From Callorhinchus milii (Eukaryota), in the NCBI RefSeq assembly GCF_018977255.1, contig NW_024704743.1, positions 86,058,001 through 86,122,000 of the forward strand: a stretch of 64,000 nt of DNA, read 5' to 3'. The position numbers and the translations under genes were made by a program. Numbering within the stretch: the stretch's first letter is position 1; the number at the start of each line of letters is the position of its first letter. The notes below the pieces were generated by a model. That model ran no database searches. It was not told the origin of the DNA and worked only from the letters and a program-made list of their open reading frames with translations. Below, piece after piece: positions 11,921 to 24,279 of the stretch.

Positions 11921-12791
11921 TCTTTTGGTTCATTCTTCCAGAAAATCAATTCTACTATTCTTCCATTACTCAGAATTGAGTCCAGTATTCTGGGCCCTAC
12001 TAGATAGGGCCCAATTGATTCCCAATTTTGTTTAAAAAAGACTCAAGTGCTTCTGGTATCCTGATCTTGCATTTCACAACGAAGAGCCTGCCCTCTTATT
12101 CTGCTGTTTCAGCATATCAGAAAGTCGTGTTCTTTGTTCACTTTCTCTAATCCATTAAGAATTTTATGTACTTCTGATGCATAATATAAATTAATTTTTA
12201 AGTAATGGATACTGCAATTCTGTTCAAAGTTCTACTGCTCTGATATATTTCAGATATTATTATTATTCATGTGAACCGTACAAATCTGATGAAGTGTTTG
12301 TAATTTGGCAGGGGTCACTCCACCTTGACTTTCCCCAAATGTCCTGCTGCTCCAAGTGGTTGTGAACCTGTTTGTGGCTAGTCTAGTAGTGGGATGTTGC
12401 CAAAGCTGGAATGCTAAGCTGTTTCTTTGCTGTTATCTGCAGGAAAAACAGGGATTATTGAAGCCAGGCTCATGCAAACTACTATATTGTTTCAAAAAAG
12501 GCAGAAATGGCTTTTTTCTATTGTCCTAACTGCAGCTTCCCACAGTTGATTGAAATACGACTTTTTCTGAATGGGGAATTATAGGTGCAAACCTACTTGA
12601 AGCTGCAGGTGTTAAGAGAAATCATGAGGGTGATACACCAGCAAAACACGATTTGGGATTATAACAATGGAAAAACTTCATATCTAACATTATGTGCTAG
12701 AATTAAGCTGAACTCTACCTTGAAAAAACTTAGTTTATGATCCATTTATCCTATTTTTCTGACCATGTCATTCAGTATTTGGAATCCAGTA

Positions 12792-13655
12792 CAGTAAAAC
12801 TCATAAGCTGTAACATTTGGGACCGTAACATTTAATATGACTTATGGAAAGTCCAAGTTGCAGGAGGTAGTTTGTCATTGCAGCTGGTAAGTGCGCATGT
12901 GGTGATGGGTCAAACCTGTATTTCCCTTGATTTATTACGTCTTAGTCTTTGCTGCATGCCCACTTAGCATTGGAATCAACTTCTAAGATCCTCACTCTAG
13001 TGTTTAAATCCCTCCACGCCTTGCCACCCCCCTATCTCTCCAACCTCCTCTCTCCTCACAGCACTACCCGCTACCTCCGCTCTACTGGCTCCGGCCTCCT
13101 CCTTGATCTGCAAATCCTCCGCTCCACCATTAGTGGCTGTGCCTTCAGCCAGGAAGCTATGGAACTCCTTCCCTCAATCCCTTCGCCTTGCCCCCTCTTT
13201 CCCCATTTTCAGGTTGCGCCTGAAGGCCTTCTCTTCGTGCCTGGACAACGTGTTCCACCATTGTTAGGTGCTTTTGGACGCTGCCTTGCTTGGAGGGCGC
13301 TATATAAATGCAAGTTGTTGTTGTTGTGGAATCACATTGAATCACGGGAAACAAAGTTCTTATGTACATTGAGCGAAGGATCAAGAGTACATCTCCCGCG
13401 ATTCAATGCAGGTGATTGGTAAGTGTGCATGCATGGACGGATCAGGATATAATTTCCCGCGATTCAATACAGCCGGTAAGTGCGGAGGTAATGAAGGGTA
13501 GAAGAGTGGTGTTATGTGTTAGGAGGTGATTTAATGTGAGCAGTGTAAGGAAATCTAAGTGGTTTTAATAAGAAACTAAATGGGACTCGGGTAAATGTAC
13601 GACTTCGGCAATTATACGATGTATAAAGAAAGATAAGACTTATGCAAGTTTTATT
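12792..13655 (+). mobile_element. Tigger/pogo-like MITE, copy 2, interrupted by an L2 fragment
   Basis: TA|cagtaaaactcataag at the left and cttatgcaagttttatt|ta at the right form imperfect TIRs. Confidence 0.7.
12979..13326 (+). mobile_element. L2 3' fragment nested in the MITE, with an 8-bp TSD
   Basis: Encodes KILTLVFKSLHALPPPYLSNLLSP; tail gcgctatataaatgcaag(ttg)n; tggaatca at 12971-12978 and 13327-13334. Confidence 0.88.
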
Positions 13656-13719
13656 TATTTCGTTTCAAGTCAGTTAAAGTGGTTATGTTGGCATAAATGT
13701 TTTTTGTGCTTCTCAACAG

Positions 13720-13845
13720 GTACCTTCGACTGACAGGAATGCTCTCAGTTCACTCTGGGGAAAATTAGCATCAGAAATTTTGATGCAGAACTGGGAAGCC
13801 GCCATGGAAGATCTAACCCGACTAAAGGAAACCATTGATAACAAT
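13720..13845 (+). CDS. EIF3E: EIF3E coding exon (exon 6 equivalent, 126 nt)
   Basis: tctcaacag|GTA...AAT|gtaaga; translates [42 protein letters not shown]. Confidence 0.98.
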
Positions 13846-14337
13846 GTAAGAATTTGTTGAGGTGATAGTACAACTGGATTGATAGCTGATTGCATTTTTT
13901 TTTAATATTGCGTATGTTTTTCCACAAGATATTCTTGAAAAATTAAAATGTAATTCTGAAAATTGTGGTAAACAAAGAAAGAATTTATCAGATTTTTACC
14001 GTTACATTAAATTTACATTTATATAGCACTCTTCAGTTGGGAGGACATCACAACATGCTTCACTCAGTGACTGAGAACGAGAGCTTTGGTGGGGTGGGAG
14101 GGTTGGTGGTACAATAGTAGCGGGGCATATTTTGTGTGAAATGTTGTATTTTTATATAATATATAAATTATTTATATTATAACTTGTACAAAATAATATA
14201 TTAAAAAATTATGTTTTTTATATTGTCAAAAAAAACTTGAGTGAGTTTTGTGCAGGTAGATATAACTAATAGCCAGAGAATGCTTGTTCTTCATCGATTT
14301 AACCTAAGGATTTAGAGGTTTTCATTTTTTCTCTCAG

Positions 14338-14462
14338 TCTGTTAGCTCACCTCTCCAGGCTCTTCAGCAAAGGACGTGGCTAATCCACTGGTCACTGTTC
14401 GTGTTCTTCAACCATCCTAAAGGGAGAGACAACATTATTGACCTCTTCCTTTATCAGCCACA
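14338..14462 (+). CDS. EIF3E: EIF3E coding exon (exon 7 equivalent, 125 nt)
   Basis: ttttttctctcag|TCT...CA|gtaagt; translates [41 protein letters not shown](Q). Confidence 0.98.
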
Positions 14463-17400
14463 GTAAGTGTTGCACAGCACAAAAAGTTTTTCATTTATTG
14501 ACTTTTACCTCCAATGCAAAATGTCTTAGTCATGCAACAAGTGAAACCCCAAGGAAGCATGCCACTTTAAGACTAGCATCAGTCATTTGACTTCTGTATA
14601 AGGACAGACATTTTTTTTCATTCACTGAGGTTGCAACTTGCAACTTGATTGTTCATGTAAGAAGGTGTGAAGTGAACTTTTCACACAAAAAAATTGTCAC
14701 AGCAGCCAACTTTTAACAAAGAAAATATTCTTTTGTTTAAAGGTTAATCACTGAAAAACAAATATATATCCTGCAGTTGCTGTATTTAGAATTGGATTAC
14801 TTGCTGCGATAGTTTGAAGTTGAGATTATTTATTTACAACAACTATAACTTGCATTTAAGTAGTGCCCTTCACACGAGTAGCATATTGGAGCTCTTAACA
14901 GTGGTGTAGTTTGATGCTGAGCTAAAAGGGAGGGTAGCTTAGACATCATACCTTTTTGTATGGATCACTGGGTGCATTTTCAGTGCGCCCATCATCGGTA
15001 CAGAAGTATGACTTGATTGATCTTTGTTCAGAGTTACCAGTACTGGGGACAGAACTGATTGAAAAATGTATTTTGGGTGGAAGGAGAAATTAAAAAACTG
15101 GAACAATATTATATATGTATTGTGTATTAATTACTGATTTGTTAAATTGGGGAAAAGTGATAGTGATGAGCAGAAAAATAACAGAAGGATCAATGGGAGG
15201 CATGTGATAAACTGTTAAAAATAATAGAAGATATGCAGATGGACTGCAGAATCAGTGAGCTAGGATTCCTAAATGAATCACAACAATATTGGTGAGAAAC
15301 TAAAGCAACTCAGTTGGTGTTGAATCATTGCTGGTTTGATTTATTAATTTACACTGTACAATAGTTGTGTAGATACAGTAGATCACAATTTGCATGGGAG
15401 TACATTAAGTCTTGTTTGAACTCCAGTGCTTCTACTAAAGTGGTGGAAAAATGTGGTGCCCTTTAAGGTGTCAGTGGTTTCTGTTTGTGGGCTGTAAGAA
15501 GACTGTGCTTGAGAACTTTATGTCAAGTTAAATGATTTCAAACTTCTGCTCTGAACAATTGCCCTCCCTGTTCATAGTAGAAGTTACAAATTATTTGGTT
15601 TAATTGAATTTTGCGTTTGATTCTCAAAAGATTCCGCTGTGGTTTATGATTGATAAGTTGTGGGTAGTAGTTATCTTAATTTGTAGCATGATCATTTGCT
15701 GGAACTATATTGAATGAGAATTGTTTGGTGCAGTTGTTTTTTTATAAATGATTTGCAGTTGGTTAGAAAATTTAGACTGAATAATTTGGTCATGGCAGAG
15801 GTTTACTTGACTCCTGCTGAAGTAATCATCAGCACAGTGTGGGAATACTGGAAACTGTGCTGTAGGATAAATTTAGATTTCCCTCCAGCCCTTTGTGTCC
15901 TAGATTTGGGATTGTGTTGGAATTGGGATAAAAATAGTCAGACTTGATTTGTTTTGCAGATTAGAAATTTAAGTGTGCTATATTGTATGTGATTACATAT
16001 TAATGTGTTGTAAGTTGTAATATTTAAGGATACATGTGATAGAAAAGCAAAATTACCTATAAACATGGATTTATTTAAAATTTAGTAAACCATGACCACA
16101 AAAATATGTAGACTTCTCAACAAAACCAGCTGTAGTTGTGTGCTTTTGTGGGATGTATTCTGTGAAGCAGATGTATTCATTAGCAGTACTTCATTTGAAA
16201 TAGTGGATGTCACGAATATTGTAGGATTCTATTCATGACCCCTTTTTCCATTTGAAAGATTAAAAGTTGTTTTTAACATAGATGAAATAGAAAACATTGT
16301 TAAAGATACTATAGACTTTTTGGTAATTGTTAAATGCATACTTGCAACCAGGAGCTTGGGTAACAAAAATCCTTTGAAGTGCTGAGGTTTCTGCAGGTTT
16401 GAATTAATTACCCACCTTCAAGTGTTGTGAATGTGTGCACATGTCCTATGTATCATCTTGCTTATGGGATCTGTTAATCTTTAATTAATCTATGTTCTGT
16501 CAAGTACACTGCATGCGGACTTGTGGGCAGCTTTTAGCATGGACCACTTGAGTGCTGAACGCCTACTCAGTACGTGGTGCGGATGAATCCTGTTCAAATT
16601 ACAAGATGTCCTGTCTACATTGCAGGCTGTTTCAATTTGCCTTTGAGTGTGTCACTGATTCTTAATCACCCCCTATTTCCTGCAGTTCTCTCTTTGTAAA
16701 ATAAATTGCTTGCTTATTTTATAACTTGTCTTTGCTTCTCGGGAGGGTGTGTTTAATCTCTGTTTACATGCTTAGCCCGTGGCAATCGCTTCCAGAGAAG
16801 TTATTGATGTATGCTCATTAAAGTTGTGTTAAAAGAACTAGAAATCTTTTACTGATGGTTTTAAGAATATTTGCAATCAATACAGTTGAGTCAGAAGCTA
16901 TAGTGTTTTTCCCTGATGTGTTGGTTGACTGCTGGCAACATGCAATGTATTTTTGGAGAGAAGGATGGCAATGCACCTATCAGACAAGACATGCTTGGTA
17001 GTTTTTTTTCTGTATTTACAACCCAATTCTAAAAATGCGAACAAATGCAAAATCCATTCAAATAAAGTATTTATGGATCAAATATTACCACGAAATGTCA
17101 AAAAAATTGAAATTGTTACAACACCAAAGTACCTTTTAAAAACTGCTATGAAAATGGTGAATTGTCTAAAGTTGATATTTTAAAACTAGTGCATGGATTG
17201 TGAAAAGTTATCTGGAGAGCCATACATTCAACATAATTTCAACTTTTTTCTTAAAGTTATCTTTGGTTAGATTTGCTGAGAAAAGTACCGTGGATGAAAG
17301 AACATATATAATAATAATAGTCCTTACATTTGTTTATAGTGCCCTATCACGTCTTCGAGACATCTCAAAGCGCTTCACAGAATACACTAATGGTGAAGTG

Positions 17401-17867
17401 ACTGTCTGTTTTATGAGCTAAATATTGGATTAATAATGGTGAAAATCGACATTCAGCTCCCTTGAATTTGAAATCAATAATTCCTCTCAGCTTTTGTACT
17501 CAAATTGAGAACCTAAGTGAAGGACAAGGCACAAGGTGCAATACACTGCCAAGGTGAAAAGAGAGAGATAGAAAACGAGAAGCGTCAGGGAAGGGTTTGG
17601 TGATATCAGAAAGAGTAGTGAGATTTGTGATAAAGCAGTGAAGAAGAACCGCTAAGAAGAACCTTTTCAAGAATTGGGAGAAAGAGGAGGAAATTTGGGG
17701 GAGCAATGACCATCATGTTATGTTAATTAAAACTGAAGAAAAATGTGAAACATTGCAGCATTGCCAGGGAGTATGGAAGCCAGAAGATCACTCTTCAGAT
17801 GACTATTCTTTTCCAGTATTGTATCTGGGAATGTAAGGGATCTTTAAATGCTTCCCAAATATTGAAG

Positions 17868-19235
17868 CAGAAGGATAAACCTGGGAACTACAGGCCAGTC
17901 AACCTAACATCTAAAGACTATAATCTGGGACAAAATACATTTTCACTTTGAAAAATATGGGTTAATAAAGGACAGCCAACACGGATTTATTAAAGGCAAA
18001 TCATGTCTAACAAACCTGATAAGTGTTTTTTGATGAAGTAACGGAGAGGGTGGATGAAGGTAGTGCAGTTGATGTTGTTTGTATGGATTTTCAAAAGGCG
18101 TTTGATATAGCTTCAAGCAAAATAGAAACCTACGGTATTCAAGGGACAGTGACAGCATGGATACAGAACTGTCTGGGAGACAGAAAGCAGAGAGTGGTGA
18201 TGAACGGTTGTTTTTCTAACTGAAGGGATGTGTGCAGTGGTGTCCTCCAAATATCAGTATTTGGACCACTGTTGTTTTTGATCTATATAAATGACCAGGA
18301 CTTGTGTAGAGAGTACAATTTCCAAGTTTGCAGGTGATACTAAGCTAGGAAAAGTAGTAAACAGTGAGAAGGATAGTAATAGACTGCAAGAGGACACAGA
18401 CAGACTGGTAAAATGGGCAGACACGTGGCAGATGAAGTTTAATGTGGAGAAATGCAAAGTGATGGCTTTTGGGAGGAAGAATGAGGAGAGGCAATAAAAG
18501 CTGATGGTAGAAGGAGTGAAAAAACACAGAGACCTGAGGGTTCATATACATAAATCTTTGAAGGTGGCAGGACAGGTAGATAAAACTGTTAAAAACAAGC
18601 ATATGGGACACTAGGTTTTATAAATAGGGGCATAGAATACAAAAGTCAGGAAGTTATGATGAACTTTTATAAAACACTGGTTAGGCCTCAGCTAGAGTAC
18701 TGTGTTCAGTTCTGGGCCCCACATTTTAGGAAGGACGTCAAAGCATTAGAGAGGGTGCAAAGCAGATTTACCAGGATGGTACCAGGAATGAGGGACTTCA
18801 GTTATGAGGAGAGGTTAGAGAAGCTAGGATTATTCTCCTTGGTGCAGAGAAGGTTAAGAGGAGACTTACTAGAAGTTTTCAAAATTTTGAGGGGATTCGA
18901 TAGGGTGAACAAGGAGAAACAATTTCCACTGGTGGGTGGGTCGGTAACCCGAGGACACTGATTTAAAATAGTTGTTAAAAGGAACAGGGGAGGTGAGGAG
19001 AATTTTTTTCACACAGCGAGTTGTTCGGATCTGGAATGCATTGCCTGAAAGGATGATGGAAGCTGATTCGATAACAGCTTTTAGAAGAGAAGTAGATAAT
19101 TATTTGGGGAGGACAAGTGTGTAGGGCTATGGGGAGAGCGTTGGCAAGTGGGATAGATTTGGATAGCTCTTTTCAAGGAGCCAGCACAGACATGATGGGC
19201 CGAATGGCCTCCTTCTGTGCTGTATAATTCTATGA
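17868..19235 (+). mobile_element. CR1 LINE, 5'-truncated, decayed reverse transcriptase and 3' UTR
   Basis: Peptides KDKPGNYRPVNLTS, VDVVCMDFQKAFD, KFAGDTKLG, YKTLVRPQLEYCVQFWAPH; ends ctgtgctgtataattctatga. Confidence 0.95.
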
Positions 19236-19344
19236 ATGCATTCAATTCTTGGATTGCCTTGGGCATTTAAGACTGCTAAGGGTTTTTTATGGGCTTTGAA
19301 ATGCTTGGCACAAAAGAGGAAACTGGTTATGTGTGGTGGTGAAG

Positions 19345-19611
19345 GTAAAGCAGTATGGGCGGGCCTTCAGCCTCTCTGCCCCCACCCTTTGGAACTCCAT
19401 CCCACAGTCCCTCTATCTCGCCCGTCTCTTGCCTCCTTCAAGACCCTCCTTTTCGACCGTGCTTTCAATGACTCTCCTAACTCTACCTTCCCCGCCTTCC
19501 ACTTCTCCTGATCCCAACCACCAGCTTGGGTGCGGATCCCTGACTGTCAAGTGCCTGCGGATGTTCTCCTGAAGTGAAAGGCACTTTTCAAATGTAATGC
19601 AAAATGTTGTG
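19345..19611 (+). mobile_element. L2 3' fragment
   Basis: Encodes GRAFSLSAPTLWNSIP; tail gtgaaaggcacttttcaaatgtaat. Confidence 0.85.
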
Positions 19612-19901
19612 TAAGTTTCCTTACTACACACGCCCGTTTACTGAGCAGTAAGTAGGAACCTGGTTGTTAGTCGATTGGCCGATCGCCTTTCCGGGCATGA
19701 TAATAATACCAAACAAAAAAAATAAAAAAAGTTGGTCACTCAGTACACGACTGTTTGTGGCACACTGCTGTGCGCAATTGGCTGCTGCGTTTCGCCCACA
19801 AATATACAGTCAATTCACTTTACAATATATTCTGTGAAGCGCTTTGAGACGTCTAAAAGACGTGAAAAGCGCTATATCAAATGCAAGGATTATTATTATT
19901 A
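19612..19901 (+). mobile_element. tRNA SINE, long variant, lacking the head
   Basis: aagtttccttactacacacgccc...gtaggaacctggttgttagtcgattgg...gcaagg(att)n. Confidence 0.88.
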
Positions 19902-20159
19902 TAATTTGTTGTTGGATAATGCATGCCAATCCCATTATAAGGTGGTCCATAAACTCGGACTCTCTTGTAATGCTTCCAGGTTGTCAATTCACTGCTCCCG
20001 ACACTTTGTGCATGATGTAACATCAACAGCACATCCTATGTACATATAATAGTACTTTTAGTAATTCCTATAATAGTACATGTGGGCTGTGCAGTAAACC
20101 GGTCAGTCAGTGCCACAAGTGGACTTCACGTGGGCCATTAGTGCGAATACATTACAAGT

Positions 20160-20460
20160 GGAGTCCTGTCGCTCAGTGGTTAGAGCACTTGCCTTGCTAA
20201 CTTGCCTGGGTGCGATTCCTGGCAGTGTGAAACCTTTCCTTATTCCACACGCTTGATAATAATCACTCAATAAAAAAAATAAGAATTTGGTCATTTCAAT
20301 CCACGACTGTTTGTGGGACACTGCTGTGCGCAATTGGCTGCTGTTTTTCACCCACAAAATATACAGTCAATTCACTTTACAGTATATTCTGTGAAGCGCT
20401 TTGAAAAGTCTAGAGGATGTGAAAAGTGCTATATCAAATCAGAGGATTATTATTATTATA
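20160..20460 (+). mobile_element. tRNA SINE, short variant
   Basis: ggagtcctgtcgctcagtggttagagcac head, body and (att)n tail. Confidence 0.88.
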
Positions 20461-21619
20461 ATTGTATGAGAGATGATGGATGTTGGTGGCCAGATCGACT
20501 TGCTGTTGAAACGCGAGTAATTAAAAATCAACTGGATGTTCCTTTTGGCAGTTTATATATAAGGCAAAGGTGGAAAAGAAGAGGCTAGTTGTTTTAATAT
20601 CAATGAACCAACTTGTTTTCAAATGTGTCTATTTAACATCAGTCTTGATGATCTTAAAGTTGTGCTATACATTTTCTGTAGCAGCACCTTCTGTTCTTTG
20701 GAATGTTTATTTTTTTAATGCCCTATTCTCCAGATCATTTGCAACAAGACGTCAGACAGACTGGCAGTTTTACTTTTTATCTTCACGGAAGGAGGGGCTT
20801 TGCCTCAGTCAATTGTGTCCTATGATTTATGTGCTGCAAGTGAGACTGGCTGGATAAAGTGAGTGAATTACAGGCAGCTTTAAGAGTAAATAGTATTTTA
20901 TAGCTGCCCCAAATAATTTTTTAATCTCATGTTAAATACAAACGCAAGAGTCTGAAGTTTTGTTTAAGAAAATCTTTACGGTTATTTGCCCAGCTGAATT
21001 CTCATAATTCCTCTGCACTTTAATGCTATGATCTTTGAGGACTCCTCATATGGTGAATTTCTAGTTTGTGATCCAATGTGAGGTAGAATTGCAGCTGTAA
21101 TAATGTACTGTGCAATTGACTTTCATTGTGTGCTTGTGAACTTTAGTCTGAATGTTTTATTTCTCAAAAGAAAGTTTCTTCATATTAAGTGACCTTCAAG
21201 GTGTGAATTATAATCTGCATAAATCTTGGGACGTCCTCCTGACGTGAAAGGTGCTATACAAATGTAATCTTGTTGTTGTAAATAAAACCTTTAAGAAATT
21301 CCCTTTCACCATTTCTCATTGTGTAGCTTTCCCCATGCTGTGTACTATTCTTTGGTTTTCGACAGAACTTGGGAAGTGTATAAAAGCATCTTGGAGAGTT
21401 TAGCAAAAACAGATTTCATTACTGGTTTTGTTTTCTGCAGGAAAGTATGTTACCAATGCTTGGACAATTGCACAGGTGAGATAGCAGCAACAGACTTGTG
21501 CATATACTATCAGAACCCATACATGTAATCATATTGTGTCTTGTTTATACTGTGCTTTTTATAGTAAGTCGCAGTAATAATTAAAAGAAAATCAGGCAAG
21601 TCGATTTATACCACTGCAG

Positions 21620-21623
<4 letters not shown>

Positions 21624-21674
<51 letters not shown>

Positions 21675-21675
21675 A
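21624..21675. repeat. Compound microsatellite (TA)n(TG)n
   Basis: Directly visible: about 17 TA units followed by about 8 TG units. Confidence 0.95.
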
Positions 21676-21689
21676 TTTCAGGTCACTTT

Positions 21690-21960
21690 TTATAGCTGAC
21701 TCTTTCCCTGACCTTTGGGGGAGAGGGGAGGAGGAAAGAAAGGGCACTGAAAAGATAGGATTTGAGGCAGAAATGGAGGGGGGTTGGGCAAGGCAGGGAT
21801 AGGGTTCCAAAGAGCGGGGCAGAATAGCTGAAAAGTTGCCCACTGCCGGTGAGCAGATTGGGCAGGGTCATGAAGCAAGCCAGTGTTTGCTGAACCGAGG
21901 GAGCTGACAGGCAATAGGGTTGTAGAAAGTCACACGGGTAGGGTGGAGCAACTCCATAGA
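21690..21960 (-). mobile_element. Old L2 3' fragment
   Basis: Reverse strand encodes an FCPALWNP-type L2 C-terminus; purine-rich on +. Confidence 0.6.
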
Positions 21961-24279
21961 AGGATAGATTACAAAGATGTTATTTTTGATAATAAGTCAC
22001 ATTTCGTTGTGCAACATGATTCATTTCAGTCCAATGCAATGCAGTAATGTAGTTGTTACGAACCTGAATCTTTGACATAATTCTATGTTTCAAGTAATTA
22101 ATTGATTTTTGTGTTTAATATGCTCCACAACTGCTGTCAAAAGTTAAGTGCTTCCAGATATATAAATAAAGTTGAAAATCAGTCTAGACTTGTGCAGACA
22201 TCTGTCACCTGTGTCAGTCTAGTTATCAAATTCAACAGGATTGTTTGCTAATATCTTTTTCTAGCAGGTTGATCAGTATCATTTGTATAGAATATTTGTA
22301 TTACATTTCATCTTCACTGGCGTTGCTTAGTAAAACAAACAACCACTTGACAGTCCTGTAGAAAAGGTATACATGTTCAGATAATATATAAATCAAAGAA
22401 AATTAATTCTGGAAGTTGACCAAACGCATTGAAGGGCATCCTTTAAACCAGATGTTGCTGTATGGTGAAATCTTCCATGATCATCTATGTGAGCAACTTC
22501 TTTCCACAGTTTCACACAGAGCCCCTTCAAATCTGATTGATTTAGAATTATTTTAAGAAGACTTTTGAAATGTTGTACAAGGAATTTGTCTTGGGGTGGA
22601 CTGAGATTCATGGAGTCTGAACATTTTGAGAAGCATGGACTTTTATTCAGGCAAAACTAATTAAGAGTTGGAAATACTTCAGAGAAGAATAATCAGAATG
22701 AGTTGGGGAGGAGGGGTTTAAGGTACGATCCAGTTTAAGACATGTTCTATGAACTAAAGTATACAATCCTTAATTTTCTTGAAGAAATTCCTCGGTCTTC
22801 AGAATTTCATAATTTCTATTCATTTACCCAATTTTTTGGATACAATCCATCAAAGTGGAAATGTAAGCAGATGCAGAGATTGCACTCCATACACAACAGA
22901 AAACTAGCTGATTTACTTTGCAAATTAGAGGAGGAGCTAACAATAAAAAAACTAGTGAAAAAATCCATACAATGTTTTGACCTTTTTAAAAAATTCTTCA
23001 AAGGAATGCTCCTGAAAACTTGTACATTCTGAAGCTATGCCCTGTGAGTGAATCGTGGTCAATCAATTGTGTAACTATCTTGCTCTCACCATTTGTTCTG
23101 ATTTAATATCAGGTTTTCTGAGTTTTCTTGCACTGGAAGTTGGTGGCCAAAGGGGAAATAGATTTATGTTTGTTAGACTTTTTAGTATTCAAGGGTATAT
23201 TGGCTGAAGGCATGTAGCTAGGACTGCTATTGGTGCTTTTTAGGCATTGATTGTATTTAATTGCCTTAAGTCTATCAAACTTCTTATTAAGCAAGAAGCT
23301 GTATGTAGAAGGTAACTTGTACATTTTGTAAAAATTCAGATTTTAGTTGTAATAAGGTAATATATTCTCTTTAATTGGAAACAGAATTTTGAGTACCAGA
23401 ACTTATTCTCTTTTATATTCCTTTGACATTTATCTAAATTCTAGTGTGTGACTGCTCTACTGATGAACAGTGCTTAGTATATGGCTGGTTAGATTTGTAT
23501 ACGGTTTGAGGGCAGTGAATGAAGTAGTAGTTGAGGGAAAATGTTCCTGAATCCAGTGGGTCCAAAGTCCCAACAACAAACTGGATCAAGTGCAAGGATT
23601 TGTATCTATCCTGTCACTTTATGGGGACAGAAAATGTTGTACAGCTAGTCCTTTATAAGCCAATACATATTAAATGTATTTGTACCAGATTGTGATATTA
23701 TAGCATATATTTTCTGTAGAATGAACTGGATTGTGATATTTCAGTAACTATTTTATTTTCTGAGGAATAAAGCAAAACTTCTTGGTCTGTAATGATGAGA
23801 TGAAAATATGGGGTTCTTCACAGCAACTGGTAACTTTGAGTCTGAATAGTGTAACTAGATAATTGTCCTTGACCTGTCAATGTGCTAACATTTCATTTCT
23901 ACCTAAATGTTAGTGCTGTCATTAACTATGGTTTCATCCTCACATGACGTGACTTAGGTGTCTCATCTGAAGAAATGTTTTTGAGGTTTGATGTTGGGAT
24001 CATTAAGTAGTAACTTAAGTGTAAAGTAATACTTGAGATTAGGCACACAGAGCAGAGTAAGCCATCTTTATGGGCAATTAGTGACAGTAAACTATCTGTA
24101 GCTGACCTGTGATACAGGTGCTGATCTAATAGATGATACATTTGTAATGCAATATTGCAATACATTTTGTGTCAAATTTGGCTTAAAACGTGGATCAGAT
24201 GCACATGTAAGCTTCTCACCATTTTCCCATTGAAATCATATTGACTTCACAAGGGTTATTTTCAATTATTTGTTCAATA

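Noticed and set aside
14145..14235. AT-rich quasi-palindromic stretch in intron 6
   Set aside because: Low complexity explains the self-complementarity.
22393..23032. ORFs 22393..22611(-) and 22742..23032(+) with faint transposase-like or Penelope-like wording
   Set aside because: No catalytic motif, no continuation in neighbouring frames and no TIRs; consistent with chance ORFs.
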